Positions 21,089 through 42,651 of a stretch of DNA of 64,000 bases are shown in pieces. The translations under genes were made by a program, and so were the position numbers. Origin of the DNA: the human T2T-CHM13v2.0 reference genome, Homo sapiens. The notes below the pieces were generated by a model. That model did not search any database. It saw only the letters and a list, made by a program, of their open reading frames with translations, and was not told the DNA's origin. Location: assembly GCF_009914755.1 (NCBI RefSeq), contig NC_060936.1; one strand, 5' to 3'. Within the stretch, counting starts at the first letter, position 1. Each line of letters opens with the position of its first letter.

Positions 21089-22523
21089 TCACCAGTTACT
21101 GAGCACTTTGAAAGTATTTCGGGAAAGTATGTCAGGAAATGCACCTATTTCATGGATTAGGAGACCAAGGCTCAGAGTGTAAAGTGATCTGCCAGGGTCA
21201 CACAAGTAGTAGGCAACAGCATTGATACAGAACCAAGTGTGGCTGATGTCAGAGGCTGGGTTCTATGCCACCTCCCCACCCCAAACCCAGAGAGAACTCA
21301 GGTTCTCCAGAGGAGGAAGTGGTTTGCTGCAGGCTCAGCATCACTGTGGGTGTCGCAGTTCATACCCATTTAATCACCAACCACCATCAAGTAGTTATTA
21401 AGTGACCGCAGAGAGAACAGCACAGTGCTTGGTGGCAAGGGGTATTTGAAAGGCAGATAAAATCCCTGTCTTCAAAGAGCTTACGGGGCAGAGCGGGAGA
21501 CAGAAGAAAGCCTAATTTACACAGATCTGTAAAGTTTTACCTTAGCAGGAGGGTCAACAGGCTGGTTAGTTTTATCGGGGAAAAAAGCCTTCTCAAAAAG
21601 GTGGATTCAGCTAAGATTTTAAAGGCAGAGGGTAAGGTGAGTCAGGAGAAGGCTATTTTCTGCAACTTGAACCAACATCTAGACTCAAGGCAGAACTGAG
21701 TGGTTGGCATGGTCAGAAGTCAAATGTAATTCAGAGACTGCAATACAAGATACCCCCTAGATCTGGCAACTGCATTTGTCATTAAACATCGAGCACAGAG
21801 AGTTCTTAGAATCCCCCAAAGCAGGGGCCAAGTAGGAATATGTGTGAGGCAAGTGAGACCCAATGTAGGCAACAGAGAGGGTCAAATACAAGGCTGGAGC
21901 TATTGAGGTTAACCAAGTGGTGACACAGAGTACACACATCCCATGAAGCCTGATCTGATTTTTCAAAAGAAACGACATGTAATGAAACTCCGTCTCTACT
22001 AAAAATACAAAAATTAGATGGGCGTGGTGGCGGGCGCCTGTAATCCCAACTACTCGGGAGGTTGAGGTAGGAGAATTGCTTGAACCCAGGAGGCGGAGGT
22101 TGCAGTTGAGCCGAGATCATGCCACTGCACTCCAGCCTGGGTGACGCAGTGAGACTCTGTCTCAAAAAAAAAAAAAAAAAAAAAAGGAACAACATGGACT
22201 TTTTGGTGCAATCTCCTGATGTTTTAAATGTTGGCAACTAATTTGGAATATTTTGAATACCATGCAGACCAAGCAACAAGGGTCTGCAGACCAAATCTGA
22301 CCCGTAGATTTCTGATTTCTACCTTGAGGTTTCCCATATGAAAAACCAGAAAGAAGACCAGGCATAGTGGCTCACGCCTGTAATCCCAGCTCTTTGGAAG
22401 GCCAAGGCAGGTGGATCACCTGAGGTCAGGAGTTTGAGACTAGCCTGACCATTATGGTGAAACCCCGTCTCTACTAAAAATATGAAAAGTAGCCAGGCAT
22501 GATGGCACACGCCTGTAGTCTCA

Positions 22524-22751
<228 letters not shown>

Positions 22752-22849
22752 CTAACTCCTCTGGGCTTCAGTTTAGCTTCCTCTGAAAGTAGAAAATAAC
22801 TACTATCTACCTCAAAGGGTGGCTATCAGAACCATATAAAAAATGATCG

Positions 22850-24013
<1,164 letters not shown>

Positions 24014-25103
24014 TAAGGTTTAGTTTTTTAAAAAATAAAGAAGCACATGAAAATATTTCCTCAAGCTTAACGTGCTACACAAATGCCCATTATCTAATAC
24101 AGGCCCAGAGAAGAGAGGGGGCGCTAACAGAGAACAGGCAGTAGATGGGGCCTGGGAGAGTGAAAAGGAAATGAGAAGGGAGTAGATGAGAAGGGAGAGT
24201 GGAAAGGAAATGAGTTGAGTCTCTGCTGGTGCGCAGACCGGAAGAATCTGGACAATAGAATTCACGTCAGGGGTGGAAATATAAATTTGGGAGTCACCAG
24301 CACACAGGTTATAAAAGAGGTCATGCAGTTGATTAACTGACCGAGGTGCATAGTTGAAAAACAAGGAGTTCAGAGAAATCCTTTGGGAAAACACCCAGGT
24401 GCACCTCCACTCAGGGATCAGAGGAGACTTGGGAAAAGAAGGTGGGAGGGTCTCTGGAGAAGCAAGCGGAGCTTAAGGAAGGGAGAAAAAAATATGCAGC
24501 TAAAGGGTGAGACAGGTGTCTCAGCAAAAGAGCAAACGTGGAAGAATGGGTCAGACTGTGTTAAAATTTAAAAAGGAACAGGCCGGGCGCGGTGGCTCAC
24601 ACCTGTAATCCCAGCACTGGGAGACCGAGGCAGGCAGATCACAAGGTCAGGAGTTCAAGACCAGCCTGGCCACTATGGTGAAACCCCATCTCTACTAAAA
24701 CCACAAAAATTAGCTGGGCATGGTGGCGGGCGCCTGTAGTCCCAGCTACTCAGGAGGCTGAGGCAGAAGAATCACTTGAACCCGGGAGGCGGAGGTTGCA
24801 GTGAGCCAAGATCATGCCACTGCACTCCAGCCTGGGTGACAGAGAAAGACTCTGTCTCAAAAAAGATAATAATAAATTTAAAAATAAATAAAATAAAAAG
24901 GAGCAAAGTAAAAAAGTTAGTAAGTGCAGGTCAGGCACAATGGCTCACATCTGTAATTCCAACACTTTGGGAGGCCGAGGTGGGCGGATTACCTGAGCTC
25001 AGGAGTTCGAGACCAGCCTGGCCAACATGGCAAACGAAACCCCATCTCTACCAAAAATACAAAATTAGCCAGGTATGGTGGTGTGTGCCTGTAATCTCAG
25101 CTA

Positions 25104-25520
<417 letters not shown>

Positions 25521-25801
25521 TCAGATCACTGTACTTCATCCTGGGCAAGAGAACAAGACCCTGTGAGAAAAGAGAAAGAAGAGAAGAGAAGGAGAGGAGA
25601 AAAACGGAACCAGAAGAAAAAGGAGAGCCAGGTGGACCTGCAGATGGGGACCTCGGGGCCACATGGGGCCACAGCCATCTACACTGACAGAAGATGATGA
25701 CCATGAGGTATAAAAGGGGGTAGAAAGATGGGGACGTGGGGGGTGGAGTAAAGCGTGAGCAAATAGAGGCCATCCTTGAGGATCTGTCTACTATGTGCTA
25801 A

Positions 25802-26189
<388 letters not shown>

Positions 26190-27215
26190 TAGGGTTTTTA
26201 TGTTTTAGAAGAGGCCAAAGTCTCCAAGGCTCATTCAAAACAATACACACAGACCGGGATCCAGAAGAGAATCGGCCTGAAGCTCCCTGGAGCTCCCTGG
26301 AGGGTTCCACCCCCCTTGCTCCAGCTCACCCAGAGTTCTACGATTCAAAACAGCTGGAAATGTGTGCCCTGCTCTCCCCAACAAGAAAACAGAACAGAAC
26401 ATGGCTGTTTCTGCCAAGCGAATTCTGAATAAGCTGCATTCCATTTCATTAAAACAATTACCTGAGCTCCAGCCAAGAATTACATAAAGCTTCCTCCCAG
26501 CACCACCCCCTCCCCCATAAAACACACATCATGCTGCTTTCAAATAGGCAGAGTGAAGCTCTGAGCCCTCGCTAGAAGACCTCATAGTCCTCGCCAAGTG
26601 GCCAGCCTCAGCATCTCTGCACGCTGACATAGATGACATGAGGCTGAAAGAAGACCTTGGCATGAAGCCCTCCCCTCATGAGAGCCTGCTGGCTGCCCGA
26701 AATGTTTCTAGTAGGCACCAGGGCCCTCACCTCTGCCTCAGAGCCAAGAGGGCCACTGGTGCCAGAATCCAGCTATTTCCCCAAAACAGACTGGAGGTCC
26801 AAGAGGGCCAGCTTTGAGTCAGCACAAACTAGACAGGAGGGACCAAGGGAGTGGGGATTCCAGGAGGGGGAGCCTGAAGGCTGGAAAACTGGATGGTCAG
26901 ACTTGAGCTATAAGCAAAAGCCTGGGGACACTCAGCCATCACTGCCCACAGGTTAATGGTGTTCCACTGGCCACAGATAAGGGGTTCATGATGTGAGGCA
27001 AAAGACATCTCCTCCCCGCCCACAGGCCTCAAGCTGCCCAGAGACCGTTCCCTGAATTATGTAAAGCCTTGCTGTGGCTGGGCACCGTGGCTCACACCTG
27101 TAATCCCAGCACTTTGGGAGGCCAAGGCGGGCGGATCACCTGAGGTCAGGAGTTCGAGACCAGGCTGGCCAACATGGTGAAACCCCATCTCTACTAAAAT
27201 TACAAAAATTAGTCA

Positions 27216-27395
<180 letters not shown>

Positions 27396-27898
27396 CTAGA
27401 CAACCCATCTCAAACTCCAACCAGAGTTCGGCATCTCACATGCTTCAACCCTGGTCTGATTAATGTCATCATGCTCAAATAACTCATGAGGCTGCCTCCA
27501 CACCTATGGACACACACTGTCTCTGGGCCTGTCTTTTTTCTGCACAGGTCACAGCACTGTGCTCCCCATTTCCCAGATGATAGTCAGCAGTCACTGTCAC
27601 CTGAGGCCCCCCCAGCTACTGTCTCTGCTCACCCAGTCTTCCCACCACCTGCTCAATCACAGGAGACCAGCAGTCATTCAGGCCAACCATAGGCAGGCGC
27701 AGGCCAGCACCTAGGCCCAACAACTCCAAGCCCATCATGGAAAAGCAGGGTTTCCTTACTTTTCTCCAACTTTTCATTATAAAAATGTCTAAGCACACAG
27801 AGAAGTTGAGAGGCCCGGGTACTCTCACTTAGATTGAATGGCTGTCATTGTTTTACCACTTTGTGTAAACGCATGGCCCTTGTGCTCTCTGCCCTTTA

Positions 27899-28704
<806 letters not shown>

Positions 28705-29511
28705 TTAAGGGAAGATTTGGCCACTGGGGTTCCACTGGGCCTGGCCAACCGCATGTTCTGTCTACCACTGGCCCAGCATCCAAGGCCTCCCTGGAGAGGC
28801 CAGCCCTGAGCACCACTGGTTAGGCAATCAGTTAGTTAGTTGGAAGACTTATCAGGGTATGAATGTACACTCAAGGCCAGATATGAGACTCCCAACAAGA
28901 CCCAGACTGCAAAAGGCAGAGTGGACCCCGTGAGGCTGTCGATGGAGTCTCAGGGCCCATCCCAGGTGAGGAGGGCACCCTGAAGCCATTTCCATGACTT
29001 GCTTTGTGAACATTTCTGAGAAAACTCAGCTTCCTGATTCTCTCTTCCTCTCCCCCTCCCATAGGACATCCTTCATTCTCCACCATAAAGTTTTCAACAA
29101 CTCCCTCCTCTGGATACGGGAAAGACAAGGAGCATGTTCGGGTGCAGCGGGGCTGGGGGCACAGGAAGGCTTCTGATTCCTGAGCAGAGGAGGTGGCAAG
29201 GGACCACAGGGGACCTGCCCCAGGTTCTCCTTGGCAGTGGTGCTGTAAGCTCACTGCTCTGTCTCAAGAGTAACAGGTGACTGGAGAGGTGACCAGGGAG
29301 GGAGGATTGGGGCCTCCCCTGGAACAGGAGACACTCCCCCCAGGACCCTGCATCCCATCCTGAGTGTGTGTCCCCAAGAAAGAACAAAAAGGCCGGGTGC
29401 AGTGGCTCACGCCTGTAATGCCAACACTTTGGGAGGCCGAGGCGGGTGGATCACCTGAAGTCGGGAGTTCGAGACCAGCCTGACCAACATGGAGAAACTC
29501 CGTCTCTACTA

Positions 29512-29658
<147 letters not shown>

Positions 29659-30379
29659 TCAGGAAAAAAAAAAAAAAAGAACAAAAGACAGACAAGAAGC
29701 TGCAGAGAACAGGGAAATGACAGATGTGGAAGACAACAGAGAATAGGGTGCGTGCAGAAAAATGTTAGTGTCCTAGAAACAGAAAACAGTCAAACCAATG
29801 GGCAACCCATATCAGATGCAGTATTATGAACAGAAGTGTAAAGAATGCACCAGGCACAATGGCTCATGCCTGTAATCCCAGCATTTTGGGAGGTTGATGC
29901 AGGCACATTGCTTGAGGCCAGGTGTTCAAGAACAGCCTGGGAAACATGGTGAAACCCTGTCTCCACAAAAAATTTCAAAAATTAGCGGGGCGTTACGGCA
30001 TATGCCTGTAGTCCTAGCTACTCGGGAGGCTGAGGGAAGAGGAACACTTGGGCCTGGGAGGCAGAGGCTGCAGACCCTGTCTCCAAAAAAAAGTGTACAA
30101 AACAGTTGGCTGCAAGTCCCGCTCAGCAGCCAGACCACCTGGATTCAAATCCTAGCACTGCCATTCACTAGTTGTAGAACTTGGGCAAGTGGGCTCACCT
30201 CTCTGTGTCTCAGTTTCCTCACTTATAAAACAGGTAGTAGTAATACGACTACTAATAAAACCTGCCTCATATGGCCAGCTTGATTCAAGCAAACAATGCA
30301 TGTAAAGTGCCCAGCACAGTGCCTGCACATAATAAGAGCTCAATAAATATTATGAGAAAAAGTTCTGTAAACACTGTAA

Positions 30380-30478
<99 letters not shown>

Positions 30479-33400
30479 TGAGTAGCTGAGACTACAGGCA
30501 CGCGCCACCACGCCCAGCTAATTTTTGTATTTTTAGTAGAGATTGGGTTTCACCACATTGGCCAGGCTGGTCTTGAACTCCTGACCTCAAAAGATGCACC
30601 CACTTCAGCCTCCCAAAGTGCTGGGATTACAGGTGTGAGCCACCATGCCCCGCAGATTTTGTTATTATTAATGAAGGCACTGAGACTAGGATGATCCCCG
30701 GAAAGGCTGCAATGAGGCTGGAAGTTTATTCAACATCTCTGGAGCGAGGTAAAGATGCAAGAGAAGCTTCAGAGTCAGATACTCCAAGCAGGATGACTAA
30801 ATAGGAGAGGAGGGCTGCTCAGTGGCCCACCAATAACTCTGGCCTTCCATCAGCCTCTCCAGCCAAGGGTACACCCAGTCTCTTCAATGCATGACCATCA
30901 CTAGGGAAGCTGGAAAAAAGGAATACTGAGATATTCCCTCAAAAGACCTTGAACCTATAGTGACAGGGCTTTGGGTTCCAGTAGGCTGAGCATTTCTCCA
31001 TCAAGCTATGTCTGCCCAGGCAGCAGACAGCTTCACATATCAGAAAGTGTACCCGCTGAAGAATCAAACCCACCAAGGTTTGAATCCCAGCTCTGCCCCT
31101 TACTAGCACAAGCCCAGGAGAAGGTCTGGCACTGATGCAGAGCCCACCAGGAGGGCACTATCGCTGCATGGGTAAATGCCGCCTCTGCCACACGCCCAGC
31201 AGCTGGGTGCCCTGACTCTGCCCTAACACACAGAGGGACCACAGACAGGAAAGCCCAAAGTCCAGACTTTCCATGGAAACAGGGAGGCTCCATAGCTCCC
31301 AATGCCCCAGGCAACTCCTCTGCCCCCCTAGCACTACCCCCAAGGACAATGAGGCACTGTTTTCCAAAGGGTCAAGACTGCTGAGAAGCTGAAAGAAGAC
31401 ATGTCCAGATTCCAGCAGCAACTGGGCACTGCCAACAGCTGGCTGTTCCCCCTGCTAGAGGATGGGAAGGCAAAGCTACCCAGTCTTGCACTGGACACAC
31501 CCTTTGCCATTTCCTGGGATGGGCCCCTAGGGCAGAGATTGTTAAAGGTAACTATCAATTACTCAGCAGGCCCCAAGGCTCATCCCCCTGGTTAGTCACC
31601 AGCACCTACCACCTTATGATGATTAAGATAACCGGATCTGGAATTGGATGAGCCTGGGTTCAAATCCCAGCACTACCACTAAACTTCCCTGAGCTCAGGT
31701 TTCCACATGTATAAAGTGGAGCGAAAACACCTCCCTTTCTGAAAGGTTGTGATACAGCTCGTAAAGTGCTGAGTACAGTGCCTGTCTCCCATGAAGCGCA
31801 CATGATCATGATTAGACCACAGTTGTGGTCAAAGCCCCCACCAAGTACACTGAGAACATGAACAGAGGAAGAGCAAGCAATCGGGTTAGAAAACACAGTC
31901 AGAGTGCATCTCAGTGTTGTGGGAACTCTGTCCAGGAAACTCCGGCCAGAACTTGAACAGAGCGAACTCTGGGCCAAACCAGCATCTAAACAGTAATAAG
32001 AAAAGCCACCAAGCAGCCACCCCAAAGAACAAAGTGGAGAGAACACACAGGGAAGGGCAGAACACGCTGTGTTGATATTTTTCTGCTCAGAGAGCTATAA
32101 ATTTGTAACTTATTAAGCAGCACATGGTGAGTCTGTCATTGGCAACTATGGGAAGGAGAAGAGTTCCCCATTTTTTATTAGACCAAAAAACAAAGTCACA
32201 GAGGAGGTGATGCACCCTCTGGCCTTGCTACCGGACACACCATAAACTCTCCCCTGTGTTAGGGACCAGGAGGCACACGGCTGAGAGCACGCTCAGGAGA
32301 AAAATAAAAACAAGAGGTCTGGGCTTTGTGTCCACCCTAAGGAAAACAGCTGAGCCACCCTAAGGAAAACAGCTGATGGCAGTGTGCTGAGCCGCCATCC
32401 AGACAGCTGACGGGGCCCCAGTGCAAAGGCAAATTCCTCTCCCCTCCTGCACACCCCATTCCTCCCACCCCAGGCTCCGGTCAGTCAGGCGTGGCTTGCC
32501 CCTTGGGAGCTCAGGCCAAGGAAGTCGGGCAGCCCGGATGTAAGCAACTGGGAGTCTATGGTAGAAAGCAGTAGAAGTTACAGGTGATCGCCATCACCCA
32601 GTGGCAACCCCTCCTTCAAGTGCCCTTGCCTCCTCCCCAGGAAAAAAAGTCTTCTCGGTATACAAGAGCCACAGATCTGGGAGCTAGGAATTGGGCTTCC
32701 AGTTATGGTTTTGTCATTTCATGGCTGTGCAGCCTTGGGCAAGAGAATCAGCCTCTCTTCGTCTCGGCTTTCTCAATCTGTAAAAAGGCAGGTGGTCATG
32801 ACAGCATTGGCTTTAAGGTGGAATCTGATAAAAGGGTTGTTGTGAGGATATCACAAATCGAGGTAGAGGGAAGTACTCCACAAACAGCAATTTAAATCCC
32901 TACAATCCCCTCTCCCGTATACAGTACTCTCTTTCCTTTCAGAACTCAGTTTCCTGGCCCTAAATGGAAGACTGTCAGAAGACAGGAATTCCAGATTTCG
33001 ATGGCGAGCTCTACAAAGACTTTCTCAGTCCTTGAAACAGCACGGGGACTGCCGAGAAGCAACAGAACTGCACCAGCACTTTAGAAACTGTAACTTTGCT
33101 CCCAGTTCCCACTGGGAAAGCACTGAGACTCTTAGATCCTGGTTCAAAGAACATCCCCCAGCCTCCTTCCAGCTGAGCTATTTTTATGTGAAAAAAAAAA
33201 ATACCTGCCTGGAAGCCATGCCAACCTTGAGCACACTGGAAAAATGGGTGCCAAGCCTGACCCAAAGGCAGAACCACGCTTGGCAGCCATCTCACTCTGC
33301 AAAACAGGCAGGACCCTACACCAACCCCAGCTCCAGGATCTCAGGGGCACCCTGATCCCAAAAGGAAGCTGGAGGGAAGCAGTCAAGTCCAGCACCTACA

Positions 33401-34239
33401 AATAGCCAGTCTTAACTTAGTGCCCGGCGCTGCTTGGTAGAGGTCCATCAGTCCTGTCTGCTGAATCTACTCCTCAGAGCCTGGGACAGAGGAAGCATCA
33501 GTGGTCACACAAGCCACCCACAGTCCAGAGAGGAAAGACAAGGCTCCTGCAGAGAAGAAACGTTGCCCCCCTCCTCACCTCCCAAGCTCAGGGCCCTCCA
33601 GCTACAGGCGTGAAGGGGAGGGAGAGACAGCGAATCCTCCCACTCCTGCGTTCACGCCACCCAAGGCATTCCTAGAACCCTGGCACCAACCCCCTTGGGT
33701 TTAGAGTCGGCTTCCAGGAGATACTTTCTTTCCCCTAACACCAGATCAAGACTGGACTGAAAAGAGTAGCCTTGGGGCTCCAATAACAGGAAAACAGTAA
33801 AACTCTGTTCTGGGCATCCTGTCCTCTTTCACCTGCGTGGCTTCCAGCAGGGCCTGACGCAGAGAGGGTGGAGGGGACTCTGCTAGCCAGGACACGTTCA
33901 GGGATGGTCATACCTTGGGGCCCACCTTCCACCTCATTCCCCTGGCATTTCACCAGAATCTAGGGGTGGGGAGAGAATCAGGACTCCCAAATTACCGTTC
34001 TAGACTTAGATACCATGGTAGACGGACTGGTCTGTGAATTGAGGGGCTGGTCCACAGAGCGGGGAGGTCAGTGAGAGAAAATGAGTGATGGGTCCTTGAA
34101 ACGGGGTGACCAGATTTGAAGGGGGGGGTCAGAAGGGCAGGCAGACTGGGAAACTTGTCTTTGAAATGGGGGTGTGGTCATCACACGCTCATCTCTAGCT
34201 TTTGCATCTGACTTGTGAAATGAAAGGGGTGGGCTCCGA

Positions 34240-35130
34240 GGGGTTATCCCTGAAGGGGGGTGCTAGTCTGTGAAGTGGGAGGCGGCCCTGGAGGGACGGG
34301 GAGCAGGTCGAGGAAATGAGGGAGCAGCCCATGAGATCGGGCAGCTGCTCCCCGAGTTGGGCGGTCGATCTGTGAGGTGGGGGTGGGGAGAGGTCTGCGA
34401 GGTGAGGGTCCCGTAGCTGACGAGGTGGTCTGCCGCAGGAAGTCTCGTCCCTGCAGCGGACGGGGTGGGTCCCTGAGGGGCGGGCTGGTCCCTGGGGCCC
34501 TTCTGGGAGATGGTGATGGGTCCCCGAGGTCGGGGGTCCAGAGGTGAAGCCGTCCCAGACGGGGGGTCGCTGCTGTGCGGTCGGTGCCGGGGCCGGCCTG
34601 GCCCGAGACTAAGGCCCGGTTAGGGATCCCAGCCCCGCGGAGCCCCGGCCGGCAGGGACAGGAGCTGAGGCCGGGGCCGCCGAGGGTGGGATCCCGCGGC
34701 CCCTGCCGCTCGCTGGCGCCCTCCTGGCCCCAAGCTGCGCGCCTCTCGCCTCCTCCTCCCTCGGCCTCCCGCTCACTCACCGAGGTCGTCCATGGCCGGA
34801 CCACGGGCGCCGGCTCAGGGTCGCGCTAGCTGCCCGTCCCGGGGCCGCTCGTCTATGCCCCGCAACTTTTCCGCCGCGAGCCTCGGCCCGGAACGGAACG
34901 CGCCGCCGCCGCGCGCGCCCGCGCCCGCGCCCGCCGCGCGCCCCGCCCCCGGCCGCCCCCTGTGCACGCGCGCCCCGCCCCCGGACACCCCCGCGAGCTT
35001 GCTGGCCCCGCCCCCTGCGCACGCTGGTCCCGCCCCCGCCAAGAGCCCGGGCAGTGGGCGTCGCTGGGCGGGGCGCTGGCGCCCCCTCGCGGCTAAGCGG
35101 GCAGGTGGGCGGCTCCCAGGCCTCCAGCCA
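34240..35130 (-). promoter_or_regulatory. PXN: CpG-island, TATA-less promoter and 5' UTR of PXN with clustered GC boxes
   Basis: Very high GC and CpG density. Several CCCCGCCCC (Sp/KLF) boxes at about 34940-35040, and a CCGGAA ETS-like core at about 34888. The TSS is inferred at about 34880-34950 and cannot be fixed from sequence alone. Confidence 0.9.
34781..34793 (-). CDS. PXN: Paxillin first coding segment (exon 1 CDS, ATGGACGACCTCG = M-D-D-L plus 1 nt, phase-1 intron follows)
   Basis: The minus strand reads CCGGCC-ATG-GAC-GAC-CTC-G|GTGAGT: strong Kozak context and a consensus 5' splice donor at 34780-34775. It matches the paxillin N-terminus MDDLDALLADL (LD1 motif). It lies in a CpG island, and the neighbouring NME2 retrocopy and U4 pair fit the PXN locus. 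Exon 2 was not seen and should lie left of the window. Confidence 0.93.
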
Positions 35131-36121
35131 CTCCCATCCATCTTTCTGTCCCTCTCAAAGTCACTTGCCTGACCCTGCGGATGACAAATCCGTCCACAGT
35201 CAGCCACGTGTCTGTGCATTCGTCAGCCACTGGGTCATCACATGCCTGTCCACTGGACAGTCAGTTTTGCCCACCTGTCCGTCTGTCACCTGTAGGTCAC
35301 CACCCAGGAGGACCATAAATCAGTACCAGGCAAGGCCCGGAGCCCGTGGCTGACCTTTCCTGGGGTCGTCCTCTGGATCAATGGCAGTGCAGCTCGCAGT
35401 TCACCCTTTCTGGCCCAAACCCAATACCTGTGTGGTTCCATCTCTCTTAATATTACTTCCACACAGCCACCCTCCCTAGACACTTTTCCAAAACTGCATG
35501 GGGCAGAGGGGTCCCCAGATTAGACATTAAAGGGAAAACTACAGGAAAGTCACACCCAGTGCTCCCACACACTCGGAAATTGGGTAATAATAACAACTAC
35601 CATTTATTGAGTGTCTGAATAGACAGACACTATATAGCTATTCTCTAAATTAATCCTCCTAGAGGTACTTCCCTACCCGTTGGGATGGGTGATGGCAGTT
35701 TGTGGATTTTATATAAAACTGCTCTGCAAGTACAGCTTCGAGTTCCCCTTGTCCCTCAAGAATCCAGGCCTTCTGGGTCAGATCAGGTCCTCCAGAAAGC
35801 AGATGAGATGCTGAGATAAAGCTAGGGGTAATGCCCGTGACAGAGAAGGGGAAATAAGCAGGGTTGGGCAAGGAGACTCAGATCTGACAAACAGGTCAAC
35901 CCATCAGGGAATTCCAGGACAAAAAAAATGAGAAGTCTCCTTGGGCAGAAGTATCCGGGTTCCAATGCTCCCACCATGTTCAGTCATTTTATAAAGGCAG
36001 ATCCAAGCAGCTTCTGTGGCTGCCACATTCTCCTATAATAAATTCAAGACCAAAGACTGTTCCTCAAACACTCTATTGCGTGGTTTTCCAGCATCTTGCA
36101 CATACCTCTATTTTGTTTTAG

Positions 36122-36587
<466 letters not shown>

Positions 36588-37199
36588 TGATGAATAAGAC
36601 TAACATGATGTCTACCTTCTTGAATCTAAAGGTGCACGCAAAAGAGCAAAGTGGTTAGCATGAAGGATGAGTAGCCTCGCCCCACTCCCAGCTGTGTGGA
36701 ACAGCATGTGCAAAGGTCTGTAGACAAGACATTTAATACTGACCACAAGCCTAGGAGATGAGCATTGTTAGCCCCTTTTACAGCTGGAAGAGTTGAGAGT
36801 CAGAGGTTGAATTACTCCAGGTCATATAGCTAATAAGTAAGGAAACTGAGATTTGAACCTGGGGAGGCTTATGCCAAGGCCTGGTTATGAAACGGCTAAG
36901 TGAAACTGCTAACAACTTAGACCAACCCCAGGGCATACGCTTGTCCACTTCTCCAAAGGTCTAAAACCTTTCTTTTTCAAAGCTGTGTGGTCTGGAAATG
37001 CGAGGCACCCATTGAATGGGCAAGTTTCCCATTGCTATGCAGAGTTCTAAAGAGAACTGAAGCTTCAGAGTTGAGTGCTGGTGCACTCGAACACTCAGGT
37101 CCCTGCCAGGGATTTCCTCATGTAAATCATTCCTAAACCCCCATTTCCTCCCTGGCTTCCTTCTTCCCTTGGACTCTCACCCCACAGCCATTAAACTTG

Positions 37200-37540
37200 G
37201 TGTCTAGTTCAGGCTGCTACAACAAAATACTGTAGACCGAGTGACTTATAAACAACAGAAATTATTTTTTCACAGTTTTGGAGGCTGAAAGTTCAAGATC
37301 AGGGTGCCAGCACAGTCAGGTTCTGGTGAGGGCCCTCTTCTGGGTTGCAGACTGTTGACTTTTTGTACCCTCACACGGCTCAAAGAGGGTCCCTTTAATA
37401 AAGGCACTAACTAATCTCTTTCATGAGGGCCCTGCCCTCATGACCTAATCACCTGTCAGGCCTCACCTCCTAACACTATCGAATTGAGATTAGATTTCAA
37501 CATATGAATTTTCAAGGATATGAACATTCAGTCCCTTGCA
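37200..37540. mobile_element. ERVL-MaLR solo LTR (MLT1/MST type)
   Basis: Hallmark motifs CAGGCTGCTACAACAAAATAC...TTATAAACAACAGAAATT...GGAGGCTGAAAGTTCAAGATCAGGGTGCCAGCA...ATTTCAACATATGAATTTT. Confidence 0.75.
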
Positions 37541-37787
37541 TTTGATAAAATCAATCAGGTTTTTTCATTCTTCCTAAAGATTAAACGACATTGACAGAGC
37601 AGATGGACAACCCTGCTGACTTCTTGCTAGTGGTTCATCTTGGGCAATTTACTCTGTGCCTCAGTTTCTTCCCCTATAGAAAGGTTAATAGTAGCTACCT
37701 CTCAGAGTCCTCATAGGACTAAATAAGAAACGACACACCTAGTAGTTAGAATGGTCCTTGTCACCACAAAATAACACTCTTCACTCA

Positions 37788-37970
<183 letters not shown>

Positions 37971-38025
37971 TCAGGAGGCTGAGGCAGGAGAATCACCTGA
38001 ACCCAGGAGACGGAGGTTGCAGTGA

Positions 38026-38337
<312 letters not shown>

Positions 38338-38380
38338 TGAGTAGCTAGGATTACAGGCACCCGCTATCACACCCGACTAA

Positions 38381-38602
<222 letters not shown>

Positions 38603-39136
38603 TAGCTAGGATGGTCTCGATCTCCTGACCTCGTGATCCGCCCATCTCGGCCTCTCAAAGTGCTGGGATTACAGGCGTGAGCCACCGCGCCTGGCCAATT
38701 TTTGCATTTCTTTAAGTAGAGATGGGGTTTCACCATGTGGGCCAGGCTGGTCTTGAACTCCTGACCTCAGGTGATCCCACCTGCCTCACCTCCCAAAGTG
38801 CTGGGATTGCATGTGTGAGCCGCCGCGCCCGGCCCAATCAAAACTTTTTTAGCCAAGTGCAATGGCATATGCCTGTAGTCCCACCTACATGGGATACTGA
38901 GGCAGGAGGATTGCTTGAGTTTAGGAGTTTGAGTCCAAACTGGGAAACTAGCAAGACCTCCTCTCTAAAAAATATCTTTAAAAAAATAAAAGAAACAGGC
39001 CAGGCACGGTGGCTCATGCCTGTAATCCCAGCACTTTGGGAGGCCAAGATGGGTGGATTACCTCAGGTCAGGAGTTTGAGACCAGCCTGACCAACATGGT
39101 GAAACCCCATCTCTACTAAATATACAAAATTAGCTA

Positions 39137-39307
<171 letters not shown>

Positions 39308-39332
39308 TCATGCCTGTAATCCCAGCACTTTA

Positions 39333-40440
<1,108 letters not shown>

Positions 40441-40443
40441 TAA

Positions 40444-40746
<303 letters not shown>

Positions 40747-40829
40747 TGAGCCACTACGCCTGGCCTATTTTGGGGGTTTTAACCTAAAAATCATTTCCTC
40801 AGAAAACTGTTCCCTGACCTGCTGAACTA

Positions 40830-41283
<454 letters not shown>

Positions 41284-41317
41284 TCACGAGGTCAGGAGAT
41301 CGAGACCATCCTGGCTA

Positions 41318-41509
<192 letters not shown>

Positions 41510-41633
41510 TCAAAAAAATAAAAAATAAAATAATAATAATAATAATAATAATTCCGGCCAGGCACAGTGGCTCATGCCTGTAATCCCAGCATTTTGGGAG
41601 GCTGAGGTGGGCAGATCACGAGGTCAAGAGTTA

Positions 41634-41885
<252 letters not shown>

Positions 41886-42059
41886 CTACTAGACTGTAGG
41901 CTTCAGAAAGGTGGAGACCATTTGCTCATTGTTCTATCCCAGTGCTGGCATACAACAGGTGCTCAATAAAGATGTGTTGGGTGAATAACATTTATTAAGC
42001 ACACACTTAATGAATTAGCCTTAGCACTGCATTAACTAAAGTTGGGAAGAAAGAGGTTA

Positions 42060-42651
<592 letters not shown>

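Noticed and set aside
34244-35353. Several Arg/Gly/Pro/Ala-rich ORFs on both strands
   Set aside because: Expected from stop-codon scarcity in a CpG island; only the 13-nt PXN start is supported.
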